Assembly: GCF_963921235.1 (NCBI RefSeq)
Contig: NC_086097.1
Location: forward strand, 248,870,001 to 248,934,000
Length of the DNA: 64,000 nucleotides
Direction of reading: 5' to 3'
From: Mobula hypostoma
Taxonomy: Eukaryota
A model generated the notes under the pieces. The model saw only the letters and a list, made by a program, of their open reading frames with translations, did not search any database and was not told the DNA's origin. The position numbers were made by a program, and so were the translations under genes. This document shows positions 39,895 to 50,507 of this stretch, one piece after another. How positions within the stretch are numbered: position 1 is the stretch's first letter; every line of letters begins with the position of its first letter.

Positions 39895-40810
39895 AGCGTC
39901 TTATGGTTACATTGAAGCCATTGGTCAGACCGAACTTGGAGCATCGTGAGCAGCTTTGGACCCTTACCTCAGAAAGTATGGTCTGACATTGGAGAGGATC
40001 CCGGAGAGATTTACAAGATTGATTTTGGGAATAGAAGTGTTAATGTATGAGGAGCATTTAATGTCTTTTGGATCTGTACTCGCTGGTGTTTAGAAGAATG
40101 GTGGGGGATCTCATTGAAACCTATCGAATATTAAAAGGGCTAGATGGAGTGAATGTGGAGAGCAACACACACAAAATGCTGGAGGAACTCAGCAGGTCAG
40201 GCAGCAGCGATAGAAGTTAAAAAGCAGTCAATGTTCAGAACCAGACCCTTCTCCAGGACTGAGAAGAAGGTCTCGGCCCAAAATGTTGGCTATCCATTCA
40301 TTTCCATAGATGCTGCCTGACCTGCAGAGTTCCTCCAGCATTTTGTGTGTGTCGCTTTGGATTTCCAGCATCTGCAGAGTTCCTCATTTTTGGAAATGAA
40401 AGGGATGTTTCCCATCATGGGGGAGTCTAGGATGAGAGGGCACAGCTTCAGGGCATAACAGGGGTTCCCAGCCTGGGGTTCACAGACCCCTTGCTTAATG
40501 GTATTGATCCATGGCAAGGTTGGGAACCCCTGGAGAAGAAAGATGTCCCTTTAAAACAGAGACGAGGAGGAATTTCTTTAGCCAGAGGGTGGTGAATCTG
40601 TGGAATTTATTGCCACAGGTGGATGTGGAGGCCAAGTCATTGGGTATATTTAAAGTGGAGGTTGCTAGATTCTTGATTAGTCATGGTGTCAAAGGTTACT
40701 TGCCATAGACAGGAGAATGGGGTGGAGAAGGTTAATAGATCGGGCACGATAGTGTGGCGGAATGGACTCAATGGGCCGAGTGGCCCGGTTCTGCTTGATC
40801 ATGTTATGGC
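39895..40810 (+). mobile_element. CR1 3' fragment with nested PLE-derived and MITE insertions
   Basis: LVRPNLEH and RNFFSQRVVNLWN, interrupted at about 40143-40400 and at 40459-40532. Confidence 0.8.
40459..40532. mobile_element. hAT-like MITE (related copy about 55539-55620)
   Basis: TIRs CAGGGGTTCCCAGCCT / AGGTTGGGAACCCCTG. No clear TSD. Confidence 0.65.
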
Positions 40811-42447
40811 CGTACGGACTCCGGTTTAAATTCTGTCCACTTGTGGGCTGAGGAAAGTACCATCAACTTCGGCCATAGCTTCCTCTGCCAACTACGCTCT
40901 CTGTCCTGCCGAGTGCTTCCAGCACCTGCGTTTTCATTCCACAGACCATGTGCCCCTTTTTATTGTGTCAATGCTTTAATAACGGTATTGGGACTCGTTA
41001 CGTACCCTGTGTGTGAACGGTCAATTATTCCAAGACATGACGTGCAGCTGATCCTGGCCACCGCTGTTTATGAGCTTGTAAAATCCACAGTCCCATGATC
41101 ACTCAGTGGGTATAATCTCACCAAACTCGCAGAGAATGAGGAGAGGAAGCAGTTCCACGTTCCAAATACTCCTGAGCAGCGCTGTTGTTGCTGGGGTAAC
41201 TGTAGTTCATTGCATCGCTCCTCTGCATTGTGTTCGTCTGAAACTTAATGCAAATCAGTCCCCCCTCGTCAGCTTCTTCCTTTTCAGTTCTTAAAGGCTG
41301 GTACTTCCCGTGGCTGACACAGAGACCACTGTGTTGCAGGGATATGTTCCTTTCTAGTCATGTTTTGTTTCCAGAGGAGGACCTATTCGGAATCCCAACT
41401 CTAACCGCGGGAAGAAAAGGACACGCCAAACACGCACGATCCTCTTTCCCCCCCTCGGGTTTCAGCTGGGATATGTTCATGTCACCTGCGACGCGAAGAA
41501 AAACCTGTGGGTTCCCATCACTGCGCTGGTTGCATACTAACGCCTGAAGTCTGCTTAAACACAGACAAAGGCCTAATTGTAAGAAAAGCGGGTTTTCAAA
41601 GTTGCAGAATCTGCAGTTAACTTTGATTAGCTGAACTGTGTTCTGACGGACTCCGTCCATTCTCTCTGGTGAATCGATAAGGTCCCTCAGCAAAAAAGAA
41701 GAAATGCCCACTGTTCTGGTCAATATTCATCCCTTAATCAAATAGAGATTAGAATTTGGAACATGGAACATGGAGCTTAGAACTTTAGAGGACAGTACAG
41801 GCCCTACTTGTCAATTATGAGAATGCTGTAAGTGGGAAACAGTTGTGGGCAAATTGGCTGCCGTGTTTGCCTGCATAATGTCACTGATTGCACTTCCAAA
41901 GTCCTTCTTATTGGCTGTTCAGTGCTCTGCAACGCCCTCAGGTTCCGGTATAAATACACGATTGTTCTTTCCCCCTCGTGACACGGCTGAAATGTTGCTG
42001 AACGCCAGGCTTGCCGTGGGGCATCGTGGTACTTACTAGGATGTAATGACAGGCGAGCCGGAGATCTCTGCACGAAGACCACTTGCATCTTATTCTTCAA
42101 TCACCTCAAGGCGATTGGCCCTGGAGAAGATGAAGCCACTGCTTTGCTTTGGCTGGCACATAAGACTGAGGCAGCCAAGATACTGTGCAGTTCCTTAACA
42201 GATGGAAATATTTGGTTGGGTACCCGTGGACTGACGCCAAATTCAACATCACCTTGGCACTGGGTCAGCTGCTTGGAATTACGAGACAATTCTGCACAAA
42301 CGCCCCTGCTCCACCCAGTGAAGCAGCAGACTGGTAAGAACGGGGCAGAGTGCAGAAGGCTGGAGAATGGAACAGCGGAGGGCTGGGAGCCTTGAGCCAT
42401 TGTAAAGGCTTCTGTTTTTTATCTCCCGTGCCTTACAAGAAGCGGCC

Positions 42448-42799
42448 ATGTCGGTGTGGCTTACAGCTGTCACGTTCACCTTGCTGCTGTGCGGCGGTGC
42501 GCACGGACAATGGGGCTGGTGGCATAAGCTGTGGGGCTCGGACCAAACAACGGAGGCTTCTACCCCGCCGATGCCAGGGACCACCCGGGCACCCGCCAGC
42601 CACCTGGCGGAGACCGCAGTGGGGCAGGGGAATCAGGCCGCCACCGCGTCGGAGCGAGCCGGCGGAACCGAGGCGGTGGCAGCCAGTGTCTGGCCAACAC
42701 GGCCTCTCCCAGTGCGCTCCGATCGGCTGGCCCCTGCGCCGGCCAACACCTTGGACAGATCCAGGACTTCCAGCTGGCCCTCACCCAGGAACCTGTCAG
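42448..42799 (+). CDS. col15a1: Candidate N-terminal coding exon of col15a1 (signal peptide + Trp cluster + Thr/Pro/Ala/Ser-rich stalk)
   Basis: GCGGCCATG start with an in-frame TAA at 42403-42405. MSVWLTAVTFTLLLCGGAHG|QWGWW is a typical signal peptide with an A-x-G cleavage site. The donor TCAG|GTAAAC at 42799/42800 is phase 1 and joins the phase-1 acceptor at 48862 in frame (G+AG = Glu). The sequence is GC/CpG-rich and non-repetitive. Confidence 0.75.
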
Positions 42800-42829
42800 G
42801 TAAACACAATAGATTCTGACCCAATCCAT

Positions 42830-43400
42830 TTTGTCCTGTCCGCAACACGTAGCGTTTCCTGGTGGCCAGCCATTTTAATTCCAATTCCTGTTTTTACTCG
42901 GACATGTCAGTACATGGCCTCCTGTACTGCCACGATGGGGCCCTCTCAGGTTGGATGAGCAACACCTCATCTTCCATCTGGGTAGCCTCCAACCTGACAG
43001 CATGAACATCAATTTCTGCCCCTATGCCTTCCCCCTTTTTCTATTCTCCATTCTGGTTCCCCTCTCACACCTCTTCTCCTTACCTACCCTAATCTCTCCC
43101 TGGTGTCCCCGCCTCCTTCCCCTTTCTCCCATGGCCCATTCTCTTCTCCATCAGATTCCTTCTTTCCCAGCCGTTTACCACCTCCGCCTTTCACATAATT
43201 CTCCCCTCCACCACCCATCCACCTTCCTCCTCACCTGACCTTACCTGCCTCCTCCCCCACCTCCCCCAATCTTGTTCTGGCTTCTTCCCTCTTCCTTTCC
43301 AGTCCCAATGAAGGGTCTGGGGGCCTGAAATGCTGACTATTCATTTCCCTCCATTGATGCTGCCTTGCCTGCTGAGCTCCTCCCGGATTTTGTGTCCCAT
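42830..43400 (+). mobile_element. Older Penelope-like fragment
   Basis: EQHLIFHLGSLQPDSMNINF is homologous to 37590-37660. It is followed by a C/T-rich tract and a degenerate hammerhead/pLTR. Confidence 0.8.
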
Positions 43401-44819
43401 TTGAGGACGCTGCGACTCGGGGCTGTGGTGTCAAAACCCAGTTCCACGTACCGAGAGTCTGAGGGTCTGACTGTCCGGCAGGTCTCCGCGTGGCAATGGG
43501 AAACGTGAGCTTCTGCAGCTTCTGTGAACTGAGCAGAGAGTTCAGGTCGCCTTGCACACGCCAGGAGAGTGTACGCTCACTCTGGGGCAGGAATAAAATC
43601 TCTCTCTCCCTCATTAGTGAGAGAGGGGCTGGTTGAGATGTCGAGGTGATGGGATGGACAGTAGTTTTTGACGGTCTATAGATCACGGTCTTTGAAGGCT
43701 TGCTATTTCTTGGGGGTGGTGGGGGGAGGGGAGTATTGATGCTTGTGCATGGGAGGGGAGGGAGGCTATTGGGGTTCTCTACATTTTTATGTCATTCATC
43801 GGGTTTTTTTCTCTCTGTTTCATGGATGCCTGAGAAGAGTAAGAATTTTAGGTTGTATACTGTGTACATTTTCTGATATTAAATTGAGCCATTGAATGAA
43901 ATTTTGACACAAACAGCAGAGATGTTGGTTGCAGTGGGTCCCTCTGTGTATATATACAATGCTGGGGCAACTCAGTAGGTCAGCCAGCATCTATGGAGCC
44001 CGGATGAAGGGTCTCAGCTCGAAACGTCGACTGTTTACTCATCCTCACAGATGCTGTCTGACCTGTTTAGTTCCTCCAGCACATCATGTTGTCCCCGACA
44101 CTAGAGAGATGGGGGGGGGGGGCAATGGATCTAAGGGGAATTTGTTATATACAGTACTGTGTACTTGATACTGTGCAAAAGTCTTAGGCATAGATATATA
44201 GATATAGCTATGCAGTAATTTTACGCATTGCACTGCACTGCTGCCGCAGGGGAAAACAGAAGCGAGTGATGATAAACCTGATTCTGATATGGCTATCTTT
44301 CATTAGGAGTTTGAAGGGATTTGGTTTGTCACCTAATACCCTCAAAAATGCCCATAAACGTACTGTGGAGAGAATTCTGACAAGCTGCATCACCAACTGG
44401 TATGGTGGGAGTGGGGGGGGGGATGCTAATGCACAGGACCGAAAGAAGCTACAGTAAGTTGTAAGATTAGTCAGCTCCATCATGTGTACTAGCTGCCATA
44501 GTATCCAAGACATCTTCAGGGAGGGGTGTCTCAGAAAGGCAGCATCCATTATTAAGGACCCCCATCACCCAGGACATGGCCTCTTCTTATTGTTACCATC
44601 AGGTAGGAGATACAGAAGCCTGAAGGCACACACTCAGCGATTCAGAAACAGCTTCTTCCCCTCTGCCATATGTTTCCTAAATGGACATTGAGCTCATGAA
44701 CACTACCTCACTTTTTAAAAAAATACATATTACTTCTGTTTTAGCATTATTTTTAATCTATTCAGCATACATATATATACACACTGCAAGTGAATTATTT
44801 ATTTATATTTTTCTTTCTA

Positions 44820-45675
44820 TGTTTTTTCCAATGTTTTATTTATTAATATTATATAAATTGCATGAATACAAATACAAAATTCATAAGGATACAAGTAAGT
44901 AATACAAATTACATTACATTTAAATCACAGTAGTAGGATCACAGTATCCCATATTCTAAATCAATCATGTAGAAAACAAGATTCAGTTATGAAATAAAAT
45001 AAAATGAAATAAAATAAAATAAAATAATTATATTTTATTTAAAAACGATCTACCCCCACTACCAAAATGAGCTGGTTGGTAAAAAAAAGAGAAGAAAAAG
45101 AGATACCTTATCATATAATATTATAATAATAATGGCTCAGATCCAAACTTTAATAACAGTTCAAAGATTATGAAAATAACTCAGAAAGGGCCCCCATAAC
45201 ATTAGAAAATCATGTTTAGAATCGGAAATCGAACAACGAATCTTCTCTAGATCAAGGCACAACATAACATCAGATAGCCGTTGAACATGAGTGGGCGGGG
45301 CGGCCTCCTTCCATTTGAGCAAGATCGTCCTCCTGGCCATAAGAGACATAAAGGCCAATACCCGCAAATTAGATGGCTTCAGTATTGTAGCACTATCCTC
45401 AATAATACCAAACATGGCAGTCAAGGGATTGGGCTTAAAACTAACATTGAAAAGTACAGAAAAAGTTTGAAATACATCTTTCCAAAATTTTTCAAGGCTC
45501 GGACATGTCCAAAACTTATGAATTAGTGTGGCCACTCCATTAGTACATCTATCACAGTAAAGGGAAATATCTTCGTAGAAGCGAGAGAGCTTGTCTTTAG
45601 ACATATGAACTCTATGTACCACTTCGAATTGTAATAAAGAATGACGAGCACATAATGATGAAGAATTAATGAGCG
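44820..45675 (-). mobile_element. L1-clade LINE 3' fragment
   Basis: QFEVVHRVHMSKDKL...CDRC...LIHKFWTCPSLEKFW (zf-RVT, C-terminus of L1 ORF2), followed by an A/T-rich 3' UTR. Confidence 0.82.
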
Positions 45676-46410
45676 TATGTTTTTCATTATAATTTATATT
45701 ATTTTTATGTATTGCTCTGTACTGCTGTGGCAAAACAACAGATTTCATGACCTATGATAATAAACCTGATTCTGATGGTGAAAAGTTGCCTCTGATTTAT
45801 CTTCACATGGAGGCTACCTGACAGTGGAGTGTTCCCAGCATTTTCCGGTTTTGTTCTAAATTTTCAGCATTTGCCAACAATCTTTTCCCTCTGTCTTTAG
45901 TTTCAAAGTTTAAATCTGTACCCTTACTAACCAGCTTCCCTCTGTTTACCCTCTTCAAGCCCACTAACCCGACCAGCAACTTTTCAACCTGTTTACTAAT
46001 CTGGGAACATGAAACTGAAAGAATGCTGACAAAGTTGGCAAAGCCATTGGATTGTCTCATTTTTGCTGTTTTTAGACTCTGAAGTTAAATGAAACGTCTG
46101 AACGGACAGAAATAGCTTTTAGCTGACTGAAATTTCTCAGTGATGAAGTGCGGCTTTTTTTGTTACTAATAATTGATTTCACCAATTTTTGTGAAGCTAT
46201 GACTGATTTTATGGAGTGACATCTGTTCCTTTGGGCTTTATAGTTTTATTTATAGAACTGACAGTGTTGTTCCTTCAGATAAGATCAAGGATCAACTTTA
46301 TTCACAAAATACTGTACATTTACATGCCTTGACAATTTGCTGTGATGAGTTGGTCAGAGCGAGACACATGTCACTATATCAGAATTAGAATCTGGTTTAA
46401 TATCATGAAA

Positions 46411-46607
46411 GCCTGTAGTTCAGGGTCCTGTAATTGACGAGTCTGGAGTTCGAGGCCTAGAGTTCAGGGTCCTGTAATTGACGCGTCTGGAGTTCGAGGC
46501 CTAGAATTAAGGGTTCTGTAATTGGCGAGTCTGGAGTTCAAGGCCTAGAGTTCAGGGACCTGTCTTTGGTGAGTCCAGAGTTCGAGACCTGGAGTCCAGG
46601 GACCTGG
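46411..46607. repeat. 44-bp tandem repeat (about 4.5 units)
   Basis: Unit GCCTAGAGTTCAGGGTCCTGTAATTGACGCGTCTGGAGTTCGAG starting at 46411, 46455, 46499, 46543 and 46587. Confidence 0.9.
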
Positions 46608-46619
46608 ACACTAGACACT

Positions 46620-47480
46620 AGAATACTACAGCACAGTACAGGCCCTTCGGCCCTCGATGTTGTGCCGACCCATATATTCCTTAAAAAAAAGTACTAAACC
46701 CACACTACCCCGTAACCCTCTAATTTTCTTTCATCCATGCGCCTGTCCAAGAGGTTCTTAAATAGCCCTAATGTTTTAGCCTCCACCACCATACCTGGCA
46801 AGTCATTCCAGGCACCCACGACCTTCTGTGCAAATAACTTACCCGTGATGTTTCCCCTAAACTTCCCTCCCTTAACTTTGTGCATATGCCCTCTGGTGTT
46901 TGCTATTCGTACCCTGGGAAACAGGTACTGGCTATCCACCCTATCTATGCCTCTCATAAACTTGTAGGCTTCTATCAAGTCCCTTCTCATCCTTCTACAC
47001 TCCAAAGAGAAAAGTCCCAGCTCTGCTAACCTTGCCTCATAAGACTTGTTTCCAATCCAGGCATCATCCTGGTAAATCTCCTCTGCACCCTCTCCATAGC
47101 TTCCACATCCTTCCTATAATGAGGTGACCAGAACTGAACACAATATTCCAAGTGTGGTCTCACCAGAGATTTGTAGAGTTGCAACATGACCTCTCTACTC
47201 TTGAACTCTATCCCCCTATTAATGAAGCCTAGCATCCCAGAGGCCTTCTAAACTATCCTATCAACCTGTGCAGCGACCTTGAGGGATGTGTGGATTTGAA
47301 CCCCAAGGTCCCTCTGTTCATCCACACTCTTAAGTAACCAACCATTAACCCTGTACTCAACCTTCTGGTTTGTCCTTCCAAAATGCATGACCTCACACTT
47401 ACCCGGATTGAACTCCATCTGCCACTTTTCTGCCCAACTCTGATTCCTGTCTATATCCTCTTGTAACCTTCAACAACCTT
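46620..47480 (-). mobile_element. CR1 3' fragment
   Basis: LVRPHLEYCVQFWSPHY and a CR1 tail. Confidence 0.88.
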
Positions 47481-48137
47481 TAATGACTAACTAACCTACA
47501 AACCGGTACGTCTTCAGACGGTGGGAGGAAACCAGGGCACTCGGAGGAACCCCAGGCATTCACGGGGAGAACGTACAGACCCCTTACACAGGACATTCGC
47601 ATTGAACTCTGAACTCCGACCCCTCGGGCTGTAATAGCGTCGTGGCAACCGCTACGGCACCGTGGTGTTCTAACACCTCACTGGAGATGGTTGGAAGCTC
47701 CTTCTATTTGGTGGGAATTTCTCCTAAGGTTAACAGGAGCTGGTAGTCAGATAAGCATAACTATGTGGAAAACAAGCAATCGGTATATTCAAGTCCTTCG
47801 AGGGTGAAGCCTTCCCCGCCTCTAAGCACATCTACAGAAAGTGTTGTCACAGGAAAGCAGCATCCATCATTAGGCCATGCTCTTTTCTCGTTGCTGCCAT
47901 CAGGAAGGAGGTACAGGGGCCACGGGATTCACAACACCAGGTTCAGGAGCAGTTACTACCCCTCAGCCATCGGGCTCATGAACCCATCTATCTATTTATT
48001 AACTTATTATAGTCTCTTCTTCTTGCACTTGCACAGTCTGTTGTCTTGTGCATTCTGGTTGAACACCCAAGTTGGGTGGTCTTTCGTTGATTCCGTTGTA
48101 GTTATTATTCTACAGACTTACTGAGTACTCTCACAAG

Positions 48138-48757
48138 GCGGGAGGAGAAGATGGCAGTGCGCTACGCGTGCGCAGCTGTCCGGTGAAAAATAATATCGTA
48201 TCTGTTAAATAGGGGCCGTGGACAATTCTGATTTGATGGAGAATGGGCGTGAAAGCACAGAGGAACATCCGGAGAAATTTCTGAAACGCCCATCCACCAC
48301 TGTCGTTACTGTGTGGTCGGGAATCTTCCAGAGGGTAGGCCTCAAAATCCCTGGCCTTGCCTGCTTTTGGTGACCGAGAAAGAGATCGAATCGCTCGGAC
48401 AGAGATGCCGCTCAGTACTCGATAGCGGAGAGCTGATCGAAGCTCGAAGTTTTCGGATGAGTCAGAGTCGGATTGTGGTCGGCATGGCAGGGAGAGTTTT
48501 TCTTCCTTCTCCCGTCTGCGTGAGATGTGGGACTTTTGAGAAACTTTGAACTTTACTGTGCTCACAGACTTTCTTCATCAAGTTATGGTATTGTTGCACT
48601 GTTGTAACTATATGTTATAATTATGTGGTTTTGTCAGTTTTTTCAGTCTTGGTCTGTCCTGTGTTTTGTGATATCACACCGGGGGAAATAGTGTACCATT
48701 TCTTAATGCATGCATTACTAAATGACAATAAAAGAGGACTGTGTGTCTTCATAATCT
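48138..48757 (+). mobile_element. Non-autonomous retroposon-like insertion
   Basis: CpG-rich 5' end GGAGGAGAAGATGGC and a 3' AATGACAATAAA...TAATCT tail. It splits the CACAAG|AAATGAATCT motif seen intact at about 8390-8410. Confidence 0.55.
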
Positions 48758-48861
48758 AAATGAATCTTCTATATGGAGACATAAATGTACTTTGATGATA
48801 ACTTACTTTGAACTCTGCTTAACAATGAGAGAAACAACAATCCCTTTTCTTTATATTGCAG

Positions 48862-49409
48862 AGGAAAGATCCGACAATCGTATTGACCTGACTGGGTTGA
48901 TCGGAGTCCCTCTACCTCCATCAGTTGCTTTCGTCACCGGGTATGATGGCTTTCCGGCATACATGTTTGGGTCAGAAGCAAACATTGGTCGACTGACAAA
49001 GACCATGATACCTCAGTACTTCCACCGAGACTTTTCCATCCTCGTGACCATTAAGCCGGCTAGTGACGACGGTGGGGTGCTGTTTGCAATCACTAATTCC
49101 TTCCAGAATATCATTTACCTGGGAGTTAGGCTCACCGCAGTCCTGGACAGCAGCCAGCAGATAGTGCTGTACTACACTGAATCAGGCTCACAGACCTCCC
49201 AGGAGGTTGCCTCATTTCAGGTCTCATCGATGACGGACAAGTGGGCTCGGTTTGCATTGTCCATTGAGGGGGACCTTGTCACGTTGTACCTGGACTGTGA
49301 CGAGCACGAGCAGCACCACTTCGTAAGGTCACCTCAGCCGTTACATTTCGAGTCAAGTTCAGGAATTTTCATTGGGAATGCCGGAGCGACAGGGCTGACC
49401 AAGTTTATA
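48862..49409 (+). CDS. col15a1: Collagen alpha-1(XV) internal coding exon, N-terminal thrombospondin (TSPN/LamG) domain
   Basis: Translation EERSDNRIDLTGLIGVPLPPSVAFVTGYDGFPAYMFG...GGVLFAITNSFQNIIYLGVRL...FESSSGIFIGNAGATGLTKFI matches the COL15A1-type TSPN (LDLTQLIGVPLP...GNAGATGL) rather than COL18A1 (VGLLQLLGDPPP). A polypyrimidine tract plus TTGCAG acceptor ends at 48861 (phase 1). The GTAAGT donor starts at 49410 (phase 0). Length is 548 bp. Confidence 0.93.
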
Positions 49410-49474
49410 GTAAGTGACATACACAATTTCGAGTTATAAGCTGATATTGGTGAATTGGTTTATTATAATGCCTT

Positions 49475-50140
49475 AAGATATAGGAGGAGAATTAGGCCAT
49501 TTGTCCTATTGAGTCTTGATGGCTGATCCAAATTTCCTCTCAGCACCCATCTCCTGCCTTCTCACCATAACCTTTCACACCCTGACTAATCAAGAACCTA
49601 TCAATCTCCACCTTAAGCACACCCAGCGACCAAGCCTTCACAACTGCCTGAGGCAACGAATTCCACAGATTCACCACCCTCTGGTTAAGAAATTCCTCCT
49701 CATCTCTGTTCGAAATACAAGTCCCTTTATTCTGAGGCTTTTCTCTCTGGTCCCTACCAAAGCAAACATCCCTTTGTGCCTCAGTTTTTTTGTATATTCT
49801 CTCCATTTACAAAATAGTCAACTCTTGCATTTGTCCTACCAAACTGCATGACAGTACACTTCCTGACACGGTATTCCATCTGCCATTTCATTGCCCGTTC
49901 TCCAAATCCTTCTGCAGCCTCTCTACTTCCTCAAATGACCTATGGCTGCACCTATCTTCATACTGTCTGCAAACTTTGCCACAAAGCCATCAATTCTATC
50001 ATCCAAATCACTGACATATAATGTAAAAAGGATTGGTCCCTCTAGAAGACCACTAGTCACCAGCAGCCAACCAGAGAAGGTTCCCTTCATTCCCACTCTT
50101 TGCGTCCTGCCGACCAGACACTGCTTTATCCATGTTAGAA
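49475..50140 (-). mobile_element. CR1 fragments
   Basis: FVAKFADSMKIG and QRVVNLWNSLP. Confidence 0.8.
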
Positions 50141-50507
50141 TCTGTCTGTATATCCTTGATAGTGTCTCAGAGATGTACAGCACAGTTTTGCTCACCTATT
50201 GTAAGGCTTTCCTGTACGCTGCAGTAGTTTCCGTACAGTGAGGCAGCTTCTCGGGACGCTCTCTACGGCACCTGTAGAATGCCATCAACGTAGACATCCA
50301 GCTCCCTTCAGCCTCCGTGGAAAGCAGAGGCAGGGCTGAGCTTTTCCGACTCTGTAGGATGTGTTCTGGGACCACTGAGTATCCGATAAGCAGATTTCAC
50401 AAGAAAAATATAAGCTAAGCACAATTTTCCAAGGAAAAATTGCAATTAGAACAAAAAATGTCAATTTTAGCGCAAAGCAATCCTTGAAACATTACAGCAC
50501 TCTATTA

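Noticed and set aside
48741..48861. N-terminal part of the 232-aa ORF as coding sequence
   Set aside because: It lies upstream of the splice acceptor and includes a repeat tail and the polypyrimidine tract, so it is intronic read-through.
48862..49409. Assignment to col18a1
   Set aside because: Diagnostic residues (DLTGLIGVPLP, VTGYDGFPAY, GNAGATGL) follow the COL15A1 pattern.
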